From: Betaproteobacteria bacterium
GTDB taxonomy: Bacteria > Pseudomonadota > Gammaproteobacteria > Burkholderiales > Ga0077523
Assembly (NCBI GenBank): GCA_016713305.1
Contig: JADJPK010000007.1
Location: 128,513-192,512 of the forward strand
Reading direction: 5' to 3'
Length of the DNA stretch: 64,000 bases
Shown here: piece by piece, positions 21,673 through 33,541 of the stretch
Layout of the letters: every line of letters begins with the position of its first letter
Position numbering within the stretch: the stretch's first letter is position 1
The notes under the pieces: model-generated
Databases searched by the model: none
Seen by the model: only the letters and a program-made list of their open reading frames with translations
What the model was told of the DNA's origin: nothing
Translations under genes and position numbers: made by a program

Positions 21673-22473
21673 TTGAGCCGCTTCGCAAGCTCGACCCTCG
21701 AGATTCCCGACGCCGCACGCGTGCCGCGGCACGTTGCCATCATCATGGATGGCAACGGGCGCTGGGCGAAGAAGCGATTGCTGCCGCGCGTTGCGGGCCA
21801 CAAGAGGGGGGTCGACGCGGTGCGAGAAACCGTGCGGCTTTCCGCCGAGTACGGAATTTCCTACCTCACGCTGTTCGCCTTCTCCAGTGAGAACTGGCGC
21901 AGACCCCCGGACGAGGTCTCCTTCCTCATGCAGTTGTTCGTGCGCGTGCTCGAGCAGGAAGTCTCGCGTTTGCATGGAAACAACATCCGTCTGAAGATCG
22001 TGGGCGACCGTTCGGCGCTCGATGCCGGGCTGGTGAGGCTCATACAGGAGAGCGAAGCCCTCACGGCCGCCAACACGGGGCTCACCCTGACCGTCGCGGC
22101 CAACTATGGCGGGCGCTGGGACATCATGCAGGCCGTGAACCGGATGGTGCGCGAGCATCCCGGCAAGTCCGGCAACTACTCCGAGACCGATCTCGCCCCC
22201 TATCTGGCGATGAACTACGCTCCCGAGCCGGACCTCTTCATCCGCACGGGAGGCGAGCAGCGCATCAGCAACTTCCTGCTCTGGCAACTCGCCTATACGG
22301 AGTTCCATTTCACGGAGACGCTCTGGCCGGACTTCGATGCGCACGCCTATCTGACGGCCATTCACTCCTATCGAAAGCGCGAACGCCGCTTCGGCCGCAC
22401 CAGCGAGCAGCTCACCGCCCCCGTCTCCGAAATGCCGGAAGACCGGCTGGCGGCGCCGGTCCTGAGGGGCTAG
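21673..22473 (+). CDS. uppS: Di-trans,poly-cis-undecaprenyl-diphosphate synthase
   Basis: [39 protein letters not shown]. The start was taken as TTG 21673, and the 5' end is uncertain. Confidence 0.9.
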   Translation: MSRFASSTLEIPDAARVPRHVAIIMDGNGRWAKKRLLPRVAGHKRGVDAVRETVRLSAEYGISYLTLFAFSSENWRRPPDEVSFLMQLFVRVLEQEVSRLHGNNIRLKIVGDRSALDAGLVRLIQESEALTAANTGLTLTVAANYGGRWDIMQAVNRMVREHPGKSGNYSETDLAPYLAMNYAPEPDLFIRTGGEQRISNFLLWQLAYTEFHFTETLWPDFDAHAYLTAIHSYRKRERRFGRTSEQLTAPVSEMPEDRLAAPVLRG

Positions 22474-22486
22474 ACGGCGTCGGCTC

Positions 22487-23302
22487 ATGCTCGGTCTGCG
22501 CCTGCTCACCGCAGCGGTTCTCGTTCCTCTCGCCCTCGCGGGACTTTTCATGCTCTCCAATGCGCTGTGGGCACTGGCATCGGGAGTGTTCGTGCTGATC
22601 GGCGCGTGGGAATGGTCCCGTCTTGCCGGCGGGCGGGGCATGGTTCGCATCGCCTATACAGTCGTTGTTGCCGTGGCGGGCGTCGCGGTGTACTTGCTCT
22701 CGGCTGCGCCGTCCGATTCCTCTGTCGGCGTGGCGTCGGTGATTCTTGCCGCCGCGGTGGCCTTCTGGATACTCGCGGCGGTGCCGTGGCTCGTCGCCAC
22801 GTGGCACGTGCGGAGTCCCGTGCTGCTCCATGTCGTGGGCGCCGTGGTCCTGATCCCGGCATGGCTGGGAGGCATCCTCCTCCAGCGCGAGCCCGTGCGA
22901 TTCCTGGTCCTGATGGCCGTCGTGTGGGTGGCGGATTCCGGCGCGTATTTCGTCGGCCGGAAGTTCGGTCGCCGAAAGCTGGCGCCTCGAATCAGCCCGG
23001 GCAAGTCCTGGGAAGGGGTGGCCGGGGCGGCCGTTGCCGTGCTCCTTTACTACTTTGTCGTCAACCGCATCCGGCCGGGCGCTCTGCCCGGAGACGGACT
23101 GGCCGGGCTGCTCTTCCTGGAACTCATGCTGGCGCTTTCCATCGTCGGCGATCTGTTCGAATCGTGGATGAAGCGCGAGGCAGGCGTGAAGGACAGCGGA
23201 ACGCTGCTTCCTGGCCATGGCGGAGTGCTGGATCGAATCGACAGTCTCACCTCCACGCTGCCGGCGGCGGCGCTGATGGTTTCGATGAGTACCCTGACGT
23301 GA
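22487..23302 (+). CDS. cdsA: Phosphatidate cytidylyltransferase
   Basis: Multi-TM protein with the SGAYFVGRKFGRRKLAPRISPGKSWEG and LPGHGGVLDRIDS signatures. Confidence 0.85.
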   Translation: MLGLRLLTAAVLVPLALAGLFMLSNALWALASGVFVLIGAWEWSRLAGGRGMVRIAYTVVVAVAGVAVYLLSAAPSDSSVGVASVILAAAVAFWILAAVPWLVATWHVRSPVLLHVVGAVVLIPAWLGGILLQREPVRFLVLMAVVWVADSGAYFVGRKFGRRKLAPRISPGKSWEGVAGAAVAVLLYYFVVNRIRPGALPGDGLAGLLFLELMLALSIVGDLFESWMKREAGVKDSGTLLPGHGGVLDRIDSLTSTLPAAALMVSMSTLT

Positions 23303-24487
23303 GACCGCCCCTCCGGCAGGTGGTCGTGCTCGGTTCGACCGGAAGCATCGGCGGATCGACGCTGGACGTGGTCTCGCGGCATCCTGACCGCTACAGGGTG
23401 CTGGGCCTTGCGGCGCATCGACAATCGGAGGTTCTGTTCAGGCAGTGTCTCGAGCACCGGCCCCGCTATGCCGCCATGGCCGACGCGGAAGCGGCCAGGG
23501 ATCTCAGGCAGCGCCTGCAGGGCGCAGGACTGGAATGCCAGGTCCTTGCCGGAACGCAAGGCCTCGAGGAGATTGCTCGCCTCGAGGACGCCGATGTCGT
23601 GATGGCGGCCATCGTGGGGGGCGCAGGATTGGCGCCCACGCTTGCGGCGGTCGGTGCCGGCAAGAACGTGCTGCTGGCCAACAAGGAATCCCTTGTGATG
23701 GCAGGCGCGCTGTTCATGCGTGCCGTCCATGCGAGCGGGGCGCACCTCCTGCCCATCGACAGCGAGCACAACGCCGTCTTCCAGTGCATGCCCGCCGGGT
23801 TCGTCTCGGGGGGAGCCAGCAATGGGGTGAGGCGGATTCTGCTCACGGCATCGGGGGCCGTTCAGAACGTGGGATCCGGAACGTCTGGCGGAGGTCACAC
23901 CCCAGCAGGCATGTGCGCATCCGAACTGGGTGATGGGGCGGAAGATTTCCGTCGACTCCGCGACGATGATGAACAAGGGGCTCGAGGTGATCGAGGCTCA
24001 CTGGCTCTTCGCCATGCCGGCAGATCGCATCGACGTCGTCGTGCATCCGCAGAGCGTCATCCATTCGATGGTCGAGTATGCGGACGGCTCGGTACTTGCC
24101 CAGTTGGGCAATCCCGACATGCGAACGCCCATCGCGCACGCGCTCGCTTTTCCGGACCGTGTGGAGGCGGGGGTGGAACGCCTGGACCTGACGTCGATTG
24201 CAACCCTCTCGTTCGAGCGGCCCGACCTCAAGCGATTTCCCTGTCTGGACCTTGCATATCGGGCGCTTGGGCTCGGGCCGGGCGGATCGATTTCGCTCAA
24301 TGCCGCGAACGAGTGCGCCGTGGAACGGTTTCTGGAGGGAAGAGTCAGATTCGACAGAATCGCGCGGGTGGTCGAAGAGGTCATGGCATCGGTGCCTTCA
24401 GTGGTGCCGGATTCGCTCGAAGCCGTTCTCGCGGCCGATGCGCAGGCACGACACACGGCGTACTCGGTGCTCGACCGTTTGCATTAG
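23299..24487 (+). pseudogene. dxr: 1-deoxy-D-xylulose 5-phosphate reductoisomerase, frame broken
   Basis: LGSTGSIG..ANKESLV..DSEHNA..LLTASG lies in one frame. The remainder ([42 protein letters not shown]...) lies in the frame of ORF 23930-24487. The break is in the G-run at 23853-23860. Confidence 0.9.
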
Positions 24488-24609
24488 TCGGACCTTCCCT
24501 GGGATGAATCGTTGACGACTGTTTCTGTGAGCATGATGTCGAAGGTGGTGCTCCATATCCGGACAATGTGGCGCGTGCCATCGGGCGAGCGCGGCGAGGA
24601 GGCAATGGC

Positions 24610-25977
24610 ATGAGTCTGCTTACGACCATCGTGGCGTTCGTGGCGGCATTGGGCACGCTCATCGTGTTCCACGAATTCGGTCACTACATCGTGGCCCGCT
24701 GGTGCGGTGTGAAGGTGTTGCGATTCTCGGTGGGGTTCGGCAAGCCTCTGTGGCAGCGCAAGCTCGGACGCGAAGGAACCGAGTGGGCCATCGGGGCCAT
24801 CCCCATCGGGGGCTATGTGAAGATGCTGGACGAGCGTGAGGGCCCCGTCGCGCCGCACGAACAGCACAGGGCGTTCAACCGGCAGACGGTGGGCCGCCGC
24901 ATCGCGATCGTCGCCGCCGGCCCGCTCGCCAACTTCCTGCTCGCAGCGCTGCTGTACTGGATTCTCTTCGTGCACGGAATTCCGGGTGTGCGCCCGGCCG
25001 TGGATGTACCACCGGCAGGATCTCCCGCGGCAGTCGCAGGATTCGAGACCGGTGATCTGATCCGCAAGGTGGGAACCATCGAGATTCGCACCTGGCAGGA
25101 GTTGCGCTGGGCGCTGCTCGAGGAAGCGGTGGAACGGCGTACCGTGGCCGTGGAGGTCGAGAAGCTCGATGGCAGCATCGCGATCCGGAACCTGCCCTTC
25201 GAATCCGTGGACACGGACAAACTCGATGCGGATTTCCTGGGGGCGGTGGGCATCTCCTCCTACCAGCTCCCCCTGCCACCCATCATCGGAACGGTCGTGG
25301 CGAACGGCGCGGCTGCACAGGCGGGCATGAAGGTGGGCGACGAGGTTCTGGCCATCGATGGCCGTGAAGTCACGCGCTGGGATCAGATCGTCAAGGAAAT
25401 CCGCTCGCACCCCGGTGAGACCGTGACGATCGATGTTCTTCGCGACGGTGCGCAAGTGGTTCTGAGCGTCACGCCGGCCAGCGAGACGGAGGGCGACAGG
25501 CGCATAGGCAAGATCGGCATTGCGCCAAAGGCCGACCCCGAAGCGGCATCGCGCTACCTCACCGAAGTCCGCTACTCGCCTGTCGAGGCGGTGGGCCAAG
25601 CGGTACGCAAGACATGGGAAGCGTCGGTCTTCACGCTCCAGATGATGTGGAAGATGGTGCTGGGGCAGGTTTCGATCAGAAACCTCTCGGGACCGCTCAC
25701 CATCGCCGACTACGCGGGGCAATCGGCGCAATTGGGATGGTTGCCGTACGTGAGCTTCGTCGCGCTCGTTTCCATCAGCCTCGGCGTGCTCAATCTGCTG
25801 CCGGTTCCGTTACTCGACGGAGGGCACCTGATGTATTATTCGGTCGAAATCATCAAGGGGAGACCCGTCTCGGAGCGTGCGCTCGAGATCGGCCAGCGTG
25901 TCGGGGTCGTCCTGCTTTTCAGCCTGATGGCTTTCGCCATCTACAACGATATCCAGCGCCTCGTGGGCGGTTCCTAG
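24610..25977 (+). CDS. rseP: RIP zinc metalloprotease RseP
   Basis: HEFGHY zinc site, two PDZ-like regions and the C-terminal NLLPVPLLDGGH motif. Confidence 0.9.
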   Translation: MSLLTTIVAFVAALGTLIVFHEFGHYIVARWCGVKVLRFSVGFGKPLWQRKLGREGTEWAIGAIPIGGYVKMLDEREGPVAPHEQHRAFNRQTVGRRIAIVAAGPLANFLLAALLYWILFVHGIPGVRPAVDVPPAGSPAAVAGFETGDLIRKVGTIEIRTWQELRWALLEEAVERRTVAVEVEKLDGSIAIRNLPFESVDTDKLDADFLGAVGISSYQLPLPPIIGTVVANGAAAQAGMKVGDEVLAIDGREVTRWDQIVKEIRSHPGETVTIDVLRDGAQVVLSVTPASETEGDRRIGKIGIAPKADPEAASRYLTEVRYSPVEAVGQAVRKTWEASVFTLQMMWKMVLGQVSIRNLSGPLTIADYAGQSAQLGWLPYVSFVALVSISLGVLNLLPVPLLDGGHLMYYSVEIIKGRPVSERALEIGQRVGVVLLFSLMAFAIYNDIQRLVGGS

Positions 25978-25980
25978 CGG

Positions 25981-28248
25981 ATGAAGCGTCTCCTCATCGC
26001 GGTCCTGTTTTTGCTCGCTCAAGCACCGCTCGCGTACAGCTTCGAGCCCTTCCAGATCCAGGACATTCGCGTCGAGGGCATACAGCGGACCGAAGCCGGG
26101 ACCATCTTCGGTTATCTACCGGTCAAGGTCGGGGACACGCTGACGGCGGAGAAGGCGACCGCCTCGGTACGCCTCCTCTACGGCACGGGCTTCTTCAAGG
26201 ACGTCCAGATCGAGAACGACAACGGGGTTCTCGTCGTGATCGTCCAGGAGCGTCCCGCAATCGCGTCCATCGACATCCGCGGTTCCAAGGAATTCGACAA
26301 GAAGAAGCTGCTGGAGATCTTCCGCTCGACCGGTCTGCAGGAAGGCCGCATCTTCGACCGGGTCACGCTCGAGCGGGCCAAGCAGGACCTCAAGAGCCAG
26401 TACATCTCGCGCGGCAAGTATGGTGTCGAGGTGCAGACGACTGTCAATCCTCTCGAGCGCAACCGCGTCGGCATCAACTTCAACGTCGTCGAGAGCCAGA
26501 TCGCCAAGATCGCTTCGGTCAATCTCGTCGGCAATCACGTATTCAGCGACAAGCAGCTGCTGGATCTGATGGTGTTGCGCTCGCCCGGCCTCATGACGTG
26601 GTACACCCGCAACGACCAGTACTCGCGGCAGAAGCTGTCGGCCGATCTCGAAACGTTGCGGTCGTTCTACCTGAACCAGGGCTATCTCGAGTCGTCGATC
26701 GAGTCGACCCAGGTGGCGCTCACGCCCGACAAGAAGAACGTCTTCATCACGATCAACATCGTGGAGGGGCAGAAGTACACGGTGAGCGACGTGAAGCTCG
26801 CCGGCGAGTTCCCGGTCCCGGAAGAGGAGCTTCGCAAGCTCATCAAGATGAAGCCCGGCGATGTCTTCAGCCGCGAGCGGCTTACGGAGACCACCAAGCT
26901 CATGGGCGACCGTCTGGGCAACGACGGTTACGCGTTCGCCCAGGTGAATCCGGTACCAGACATCGACAAGGAAAAGCGCACGGTCTCCTTCACCATGTAT
27001 GTGGATCCGGGCCGCCGCGTGTACATCCGGCGCATCAATATCGCCGGCAACACGACGACCAAGGACGAGGTCATCCGGCGCGAATTCCGGCAGATGGAGG
27101 GCGCCTGGTATTCGCAGGAGAAGATCAACCGCTCGAAGGTCCGCGCCGACCGTCTCGGCTATTTCTCCGAAGTCAATGTCGAGACACCCGCCGTGGAGGG
27201 AACCACGGACCAGGTGGACGTGAACATGTCGGTGAAGGAAAGACCGACGGGCTCGGTGAGCTTCGGCGCCGGATTCTCCAGCGTGGAACGCGTCATCCTG
27301 ACCGCATCGGTCTCGCAGCAGAACGCCTTCGGCACCGGCAACGCCATCTCCCTGGGCTTGCAGACCGGCCGCATCAACCGGGTGCTGACGCTGTCCTACA
27401 CCAACCCGTACTGGACCGACGACGGCGTGAGCCGCGGCTTCGATCTCTATACCCGGCGTTTCAATCCGTCCTTCCTGCGCCTGGCCACGTACGCGACCAA
27501 CACGGACGGGGGGGGTGTCCGCTTCGGCATTCCCGTCTCGGAACTGGACACCGTCAATCTTGGCCTTTCGGTCGAATCGACGGACATCGAGATCTTCACT
27601 TCCACGCCCCAGCGGTTCCGGGATTTCGTCAGCCAGTACGGTTCGGTGAATTCCGCCATTCTGGGAACCATCGGGTTCTCGCGCGACGGGCGGGACAACA
27701 CGATCACGCCCACGAGCGGACCCTATCAGCGCGTGCAGGCCGAGATCTCTCTGCCAGGCGGCGACCTCCGCTACTACCGCCTCACCTACCTGGGGCAGCG
27801 CTATTGGCCCATCACCCGGCTGTCGACGCTGCAGGCCGGCGTGACCCTGGGCTATGCCGCGGGCTACCAGGACAATCCGCTGCCGTTCTACAAGAATTTC
27901 TACGCCGGCGGCGTCAACAGCGTGCGCGGGTTCTACACCTACGGCATCGGGCCCCGCGACGAATTCGGCCTGGCGATCGGCGCGCCCCGGCAGATCCTCG
28001 GCAATCTCGAGTACTACTTCCCGTTCCCGGGCGCCGACAAGGACAAGAGCCTGCGCCTGTCGGCGTTCGTGGACGCCGGTATGGTGGATAATACGTTCAA
28101 CGTCGGTCAGCTCCGTTTCTCGACCGGTTTCGCGCTCAACTGGTTCTCCCCGGTGGGGCCGCTCAAGCTGAGTTTCGGCATACCGATCAAGAAAGAACCG
28201 AACGACCGTCTGCAACGTATCCAATTCCAGCTCGGCACCATTTTCTGA
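25981..28248 (+). CDS. bamA: Outer membrane protein assembly factor BamA
   Basis: Signal peptide, POTRA repeats, a C-terminal barrel ending ..FQLGTIF, and the VRGF motif. Confidence 0.95.
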   Translation: MKRLLIAVLFLLAQAPLAYSFEPFQIQDIRVEGIQRTEAGTIFGYLPVKVGDTLTAEKATASVRLLYGTGFFKDVQIENDNGVLVVIVQERPAIASIDIRGSKEFDKKKLLEIFRSTGLQEGRIFDRVTLERAKQDLKSQYISRGKYGVEVQTTVNPLERNRVGINFNVVESQIAKIASVNLVGNHVFSDKQLLDLMVLRSPGLMTWYTRNDQYSRQKLSADLETLRSFYLNQGYLESSIESTQVALTPDKKNVFITINIVEGQKYTVSDVKLAGEFPVPEEELRKLIKMKPGDVFSRERLTETTKLMGDRLGNDGYAFAQVNPVPDIDKEKRTVSFTMYVDPGRRVYIRRINIAGNTTTKDEVIRREFRQMEGAWYSQEKINRSKVRADRLGYFSEVNVETPAVEGTTDQVDVNMSVKERPTGSVSFGAGFSSVERVILTASVSQQNAFGTGNAISLGLQTGRINRVLTLSYTNPYWTDDGVSRGFDLYTRRFNPSFLRLATYATNTDGGGVRFGIPVSELDTVNLGLSVESTDIEIFTSTPQRFRDFVSQYGSVNSAILGTIGFSRDGRDNTITPTSGPYQRVQAEISLPGGDLRYYRLTYLGQRYWPITRLSTLQAGVTLGYAAGYQDNPLPFYKNFYAGGVNSVRGFYTYGIGPRDEFGLAIGAPRQILGNLEYYFPFPGADKDKSLRLSAFVDAGMVDNTFNVGQLRFSTGFALNWFSPVGPLKLSFGIPIKKEPNDRLQRIQFQLGTIF

Positions 28249-28288
28249 GCGACGGTGCGGCGAGCCGCATGACATCATGGACGATCAC

Positions 28289-28840
28289 ATGAAGACATTC
28301 ATTCCGGGCACGCTGATTCGCTGTGCCCTCGCGCTGAGCATCGCCCTGGCGGCGACCGTCGTCTCCGCCAACGACAACCTCAAGATCGGCTTCGTGAGCA
28401 TCGAGCGCATCCTGCGCGAGGCGGGCCCCGCCAAGAAAGCCCTGCAGAAGCTGGAGAAGGAATTCGCACCGCGCGATGCGGAACTGCAGAAGCTGTCCAA
28501 GCAGGCGAAGGACCTCCAGACGACGCTGGAGAAGGAAAGCGTGACCATGTCCGAAAGCGACCGGCGCAACAAGGAGGCCGAGCTGGGCCGTGTCAACCGG
28601 GACCTGCAGCGTCTGCAGCGCGAGTTCCGCGAAGACCTCAACATGCGCAAGAACGAGGAGCTGTCCCAGGTGATCGACCGCGCGAACAAGGTCGTGCAGC
28701 AGATCGCGGAGAGCGAGAAGTACGACCTCATCATGCAGGAGGCCGTCTATCGCAGCCCCCGCATCGACATCACGGACAAGGTTCTCAAGGCGCTGACCGA
28801 CCAGTCACATTCAGCAGCGGCACGCTCCCGGGCATGCTGA
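28289..28840 (+). CDS. skp: Periplasmic chaperone Skp (OmpH family)
   Basis: Signal peptide followed by a charged coiled-coil sequence, in the conserved position after bamA. Confidence 0.8.
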   Translation: MKTFIPGTLIRCALALSIALAATVVSANDNLKIGFVSIERILREAGPAKKALQKLEKEFAPRDAELQKLSKQAKDLQTTLEKESVTMSESDRRNKEAELGRVNRDLQRLQREFREDLNMRKNEELSQVIDRANKVVQQIAESEKYDLIMQEAVYRSPRIDITDKVLKALTDQSHSAAARSRAC

Positions 28841-28897
28841 TGTCTGGCGGCAGTACGGTCCCGGTCTGCGAGCATCCATCCCGTTGAGGGTCCGAGG

Positions 28898-29974
28898 ATG
28901 ACCGCGAACCCCGGTCGTTCCAGCCCGCAACGGCCCGAATTCACGCTCGGACAGATCGTCGAAGCCCTTGGCGGCGAATTGGTGGGCTCGCCCGCCGTGA
29001 GCATTCGCGGCGTCGCGCCCCTCGATTCCGCGGGCGAGACGCAGATCTCCTTCCTTGCCAGCAGCAAGTACCGCCCACAGCTTGCCGTCACCCGTGCGGG
29101 GGCCGTCGTGCTCGGACCGTCGGACAAGGAGGCCACGGAGCGCCCGCGGATCGTCGCCCAGAATCCCTACGCGTATTTCGCCCGGGTTTCTTCCCTGCTC
29201 AATCCCGATCCGATGCCCACGCCGGGCGTTCATCGCACCGCGGCGGTGGATCCGTCTGCGCGGGTCGCGGCGACTGCCACGGTCGGAGCCAATGCGGTCA
29301 TCGAAGCGGGAGCGGAGGTCGGCGACGGGGCGCACATCGGCCCGTGTTGCGTGGTCGGCGAGAACGCAGTCGTCGGCGCCGGCTCCCGGCTCTATCCGAA
29401 CGTCACGATCTATCATGGGTGCCACGTGGGTGCGCGCTGCATCGTCCACTCCGGCGTCGTGATCGGCGGCGACGGGTTCGGCATGGCCGAGGTCGAGGGC
29501 CGCTGGATCAAGGTGCCGCAGGTGGGGCGCGCCGTGATCGGAGACGACGTGGAGATCGGCGCCAACACGACCATCGACCGGGGAGCGCTGGGCGATACGA
29601 TCATCGAGGATGGCGTGAAGCTCGACAACCAGATCCAGATCGCCCACAACGTCGTCCTCGGCGCGCACACGGCCGTCGCCGCATGCGCGGGATTCGCCGG
29701 CAGCACTCGAGTGGGCCGGCATTGCAAGATCGGAGGTGCGGCCATGATTCACGGACATATCGAAATCTGCGATCACGCGATCGTCGCCGCGGGCACGATG
29801 GTCCGGAAGAGCATCACCGAACCGGGTCTGTACGACGGTTTCTTCCCGGCGCTGCCGCACAAGGAGTGGATGAAGAATCTTGCGCGCTTCAACCGGCTGG
29901 ACGAGCTGGCGCAGTCGGTGCAATCGTTGGAGAAACGCCTGGCTGCCCTCGACAACAAGGACAAATCAACTTGA
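28898..29974 (+). CDS. lpxD: UDP-3-O-acylglucosamine N-acyltransferase
   Basis: LpxD N-terminal domain followed by long hexapeptide repeats. Confidence 0.9.
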   Translation: MTANPGRSSPQRPEFTLGQIVEALGGELVGSPAVSIRGVAPLDSAGETQISFLASSKYRPQLAVTRAGAVVLGPSDKEATERPRIVAQNPYAYFARVSSLLNPDPMPTPGVHRTAAVDPSARVAATATVGANAVIEAGAEVGDGAHIGPCCVVGENAVVGAGSRLYPNVTIYHGCHVGARCIVHSGVVIGGDGFGMAEVEGRWIKVPQVGRAVIGDDVEIGANTTIDRGALGDTIIEDGVKLDNQIQIAHNVVLGAHTAVAACAGFAGSTRVGRHCKIGGAAMIHGHIEICDHAIVAAGTMVRKSITEPGLYDGFFPALPHKEWMKNLARFNRLDELAQSVQSLEKRLAALDNKDKST

Positions 29975-29982
29975 CCCACGCC

Positions 29983-30435
29983 ATGGAGATCGAAACCATT
30001 CTGCGATGCCTGCCGCATCGGTATCCGATGCTGCTGGTGGATCGCGTGCTGGAGTGCGTGCCCGGTGCGTCCATCAAGGCGCTCAAGAACGTGTCCGTGA
30101 ACGAGCCGTTCTTCGTCGGACACTTTCCGCACTACAAGGTGATGCCCGGGGTGCTCATCATCGAGGCGCTCGCCCAGGCCGCGGCGGTCCTCTCGTACAA
30201 GACCCTCGACCAGCGGCCCGACAGCAGTTCGGTCTATTACTTCGTCGGCATCGACGCCGCGCGTTTCAAGCGCCCGGTCACGCCCGGCGATCAGCTCATT
30301 CTCGACGTCACGCTGGGCCGTCAGTTGCGGGGCATCTGGAAGTTCAATGCGACGGCCTCGGTGGAAGGCGCCGTTGTCGCGGAAGCCGAGCTGATGTGCA
30401 CGCTCAAGGAGATTCCCGCCGTGGAGGCGCCATGA
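29983..30435 (+). CDS. fabZ: 3-hydroxyacyl-ACP dehydratase FabZ
   Basis: [31 protein letters not shown] hotdog motifs. An alternative TTG start exists at 29971. Confidence 0.9.
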   Translation: MEIETILRCLPHRYPMLLVDRVLECVPGASIKALKNVSVNEPFFVGHFPHYKVMPGVLIIEALAQAAAVLSYKTLDQRPDSSSVYYFVGIDAARFKRPVTPGDQLILDVTLGRQLRGIWKFNATASVEGAVVAEAELMCTLKEIPAVEAP

Positions 30436-31202
30436 TCCACCCGACGGCCGTGGTGCATCCGGATGCACGGCTTGCGCTGGATGTCGAGGTCGGTCCCTAT
30501 GCCATCGTGGGAGAACACGTGGAGATCGGAGCGCGCACCTCGATCGGCGCGCACTGCGTGGTGACAGGACACACCAGGATCGGGGAGGACAACAGGGTCT
30601 TCCACTTCGCCTCCATCGGCGAAGCCCCGCAGGACAAGAAGTACGCAGGCGAACCCACGCGCCTGGAGATCGGCGACCGCAACACGATCCGCGAATACTG
30701 CACGTTCAATTGCGGCACCGTGCAGGATGCCGGTGTCACCCGCATCGGGGACGACAACTGGTTCATGGCCTATGTCCATGTGGCGCACGACTGCGTCGTG
30801 GGCAACCGCACCATCTTCGCCAACTGCACCCAGCTTGCCGGGCACGTGCACGTCGGGGACTGGGTGATCCTGGGCGGATTCACCGGCATCCACCAGTTCT
30901 GCCGCATCGGTGCGCACAGCATGACCGCGATCGCTTCGGTGGTCGTGCACGATCTGCCGCCCTACGTGATGGCCGGCGGGAACACCGCGAAGGCGCACGG
31001 ACTCAACACCGAAGGTCTCAAGCGCCGAGGCTTCCCGCCGGCCGCGATCAACGGCATCCGCAAGGCCTACAAGACACTGTACCGGGAGAAGCTGACACTC
31101 GAGCAGGCGAGGCAGGCATTGGCGGAGCAGGTGTCCGAATGTCCGGAGGTGGGCATTCTGGTGGATTTCCTCGGCGCCTCCACCCGCGGTATCGTCCGCT
31201 GA
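30432..31202 (+). CDS. lpxA: Acyl-ACP--UDP-N-acetylglucosamine O-acyltransferase
   Basis: [14 protein letters not shown] followed by hexapeptide repeats and a helical C-terminus. It overlaps fabZ by 4 nt. Confidence 0.9.
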   Translation: MIHPTAVVHPDARLALDVEVGPYAIVGEHVEIGARTSIGAHCVVTGHTRIGEDNRVFHFASIGEAPQDKKYAGEPTRLEIGDRNTIREYCTFNCGTVQDAGVTRIGDDNWFMAYVHVAHDCVVGNRTIFANCTQLAGHVHVGDWVILGGFTGIHQFCRIGAHSMTAIASVVVHDLPPYVMAGGNTAKAHGLNTEGLKRRGFPPAAINGIRKAYKTLYREKLTLEQARQALAEQVSECPEVGILVDFLGASTRGIVR

Positions 31203-31238
31203 GCGGAAGCGGAAGCGGAACGGGAGAGCGGGGGACCT

Positions 31239-32438
31239 ATGACGCGCGGACAGACGATCGCGATGGTGGCGGGCGAGGCGTCGGGAGATCACATCGCCGC
31301 CTCCCTGGCCACGGAACTTCGCAGCCCGCTGCCTCATGCCCGCCTGGTCGGCATCGGGGGGCCCAGGATGCAGTCTGCCGGGCTGGAAAGCTGGTATCCC
31401 ATGGAAACGCTGTCCGTTCGAGGTTATGCGGAGGCGGCCAAGAGCGTTCCCGGCATCCTTGCCATACGCCGCCAGCTGGCCGCCCGGCTGAAGGCCGAAC
31501 CTCCGGACCTGTTCATCGGCGTGGACGCCCCCGATTTCAACCTCGGTCTGGAGGCGAACCTCCGCTCCGCAGGGATCCGCACGGTGCAGTACGTGAGTCC
31601 GTCGATCTGGGCCTGGCGGGGTGAGCGCATCCACAAGATCGCCCGGTCCGTCGACCACGTGCTGGCGCTGTTTCCCTTCGAAGTGCCGATCTACCAGAAG
31701 GCCGGTGTCCCCGTGACATTCGTCGGGCACCCGCTCGCCGACGACGTGCCGGCGGTGCCGGACCAGGAGGCCGCCCGCGACCAGATTCGCCTGCCGATGT
31801 CGGCGCCGGTGTTCGCCCTGCTGCCCGGCAGCCGCCGCGGCGAACTGGAGCAGCATGCGGAACTGGTGATCGAAACGGCCAAGCGGGTGCTCGCCCAAGT
31901 GCCGGACGCGCGATTCCTGGTGCCCCTGGCCACGCGACCGACCCGGTCCCAGTTCGAGCAGGCGCTCTACGATTTCAAGGGGCAGGACCTGCCCATGACG
32001 GTGCTGTTCGGCCATGCCCAGCTCGCCATGATCGCGGCCGATGTGGTTCTCGTGGCTTCGGGCACGGCCACGCTCGAGGCTGCGCTCCTGCGCCGGCCGA
32101 TGGTGATCACCTACCGGGTACCCAAGCTCACCTACCGGCTGATGTGGCCGAAGCGATTGCTGCCGTACATCGGCCTGCCCAACGTGCTGGCCGGCGGGTT
32201 CGTGGCGCCGGAGATCCTGCAGGACGACGCCACGGCCGAGAATCTCGCCATGGCCCTGGTCAACACCTATCGTGACAAGGTCGTGCGCGACCGGCAGTCG
32301 CGTTGCTTCGAGGACATGTACCGGTTGCTGCGTTGCGGTGCCGCCGAACGTGCCGCCGACGCCGTGATGCCGCTCCTGCGTGCGCCGGCGCCCGCGCGCC
32401 GTGCAGTACCCGCGGCTCTGACCGAAGGCCGTTCGTGA
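31239..32438 (+). CDS. lpxB: Lipid-A-disaccharide synthase
   Basis: [26 protein letters not shown] motifs. Confidence 0.9.
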   Translation: MTRGQTIAMVAGEASGDHIAASLATELRSPLPHARLVGIGGPRMQSAGLESWYPMETLSVRGYAEAAKSVPGILAIRRQLAARLKAEPPDLFIGVDAPDFNLGLEANLRSAGIRTVQYVSPSIWAWRGERIHKIARSVDHVLALFPFEVPIYQKAGVPVTFVGHPLADDVPAVPDQEAARDQIRLPMSAPVFALLPGSRRGELEQHAELVIETAKRVLAQVPDARFLVPLATRPTRSQFEQALYDFKGQDLPMTVLFGHAQLAMIAADVVLVASGTATLEAALLRRPMVITYRVPKLTYRLMWPKRLLPYIGLPNVLAGGFVAPEILQDDATAENLAMALVNTYRDKVVRDRQSRCFEDMYRLLRCGAAERAADAVMPLLRAPAPARRAVPAALTEGRS

Positions 32439-33049
32439 TGCGGAGGGTGCTCGTGGCGGGCGTGGACGAAGCCGGCCGCGGGCCTCTCGCCGGACCTGTC
32501 TACGCCGCTTGCGTGGTCCTGAATCCCCGCAGGGGGATCGACGGTCTGGCCGATTCGAAGGTGCTCTCGCCCAGGCGGCGGGAGGAACTCGCCGGGCGAA
32601 TCCGTGCCGAAGCTCTGGCATGGGCGGTGGAGGCGGCGGACGTGGACGAAATCGACAGTCTGAACATCCTGTGGGCCACCATGGTGGCCATGAAGCGCGC
32701 CGTCGACCGGCTGGGAATGGTGTTGGACGAGGTGTTGGTGGACGGCAACCGGCTGCCTCCCGAACTCGCGGTCCCGGCCCGCGCCATCGTTCGCGGTGAC
32801 GCCACGGTCCCTGCCATCAGCGCGGCCTCGATCCTCGCCAAGGTGGCGCGCGATGCCCACATGATCGCCCTGCACGAGGCGTTTCCGCACTATGGGTTCG
32901 ATCGTCACAAGGGCTACCCCACGGCCGAGCATTTCGCGGCGCTCGAACGCCACGGCCCTTGCCCGCATCATCGCCGCACGTTCTCGCCCGTTCGCGCCTG
33001 TGAGGCGGACGACGAGCCGGGCCGGGCAGCTCGACCGGATTTCTTCTAG
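32438..33049 (+). CDS. rnhB: Ribonuclease HII
   Basis: [29 protein letters not shown] motifs. The ATG overlaps the lpxB stop. Confidence 0.9.
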   Translation: MRRVLVAGVDEAGRGPLAGPVYAACVVLNPRRGIDGLADSKVLSPRRREELAGRIRAEALAWAVEAADVDEIDSLNILWATMVAMKRAVDRLGMVLDEVLVDGNRLPPELAVPARAIVRGDATVPAISAASILAKVARDAHMIALHEAFPHYGFDRHKGYPTAEHFAALERHGPCPHHRRTFSPVRACEADDEPGRAARPDFF

Positions 33050-33057
33050 GGGACACC

Positions 33058-33510
33058 ATGGATCTCGCACGGTGGCTCCATGTGCTGGGCGTCGTCATCT
33101 GGGTCGGCGGGATGTTCTTCGCCTACGTGGCGCTGCGACCTGCTGCGGCCAGGCTGGATCCTCCGCTTCGCCTCGAATTGTGGTGCGAGACCTTCCGGCG
33201 GTTCTTCGTGTGGGTCTGGGTCGCCGTCGTCGCGATTCTTCTCACGGGCCTGCACATGACGGCCGTGATGGGCGGTCTGCATGCCCCTCACTACGCCTTG
33301 GCGATGGCCGTGATCGGCATGCTGATGATGCTGATCTTCGGCCACATCTATTTCGCGTCCTATGCCCGGTTGAAGCGGGCCGTGGCGGCCCGCGAATGGC
33401 CCGCCGGCGGTGCGGCGCTTGTCAGCATCCGCCGGCTGGTGGGCGTCAATCTGGTCCTCGGCCTCGCCACTGTCACCATCGCCACGGCCGGACGCTGGCT
33501 CTCGCCCTGA
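33058..33510 (+). CDS. CopD-like / DUF-type integral membrane protein
   Basis: 150 aa with four TM helices (WLHVLGVVIWVGGMFF..). The family assignment is tentative. Confidence 0.45.
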   Translation: MDLARWLHVLGVVIWVGGMFFAYVALRPAAARLDPPLRLELWCETFRRFFVWVWVAVVAILLTGLHMTAVMGGLHAPHYALAMAVIGMLMMLIFGHIYFASYARLKRAVAAREWPAGGAALVSIRRLVGVNLVLGLATVTIATAGRWLSP

Positions 33511-33541
33511 TCCGGAGGGAATGAGCCGGCGCGTCGCCGCG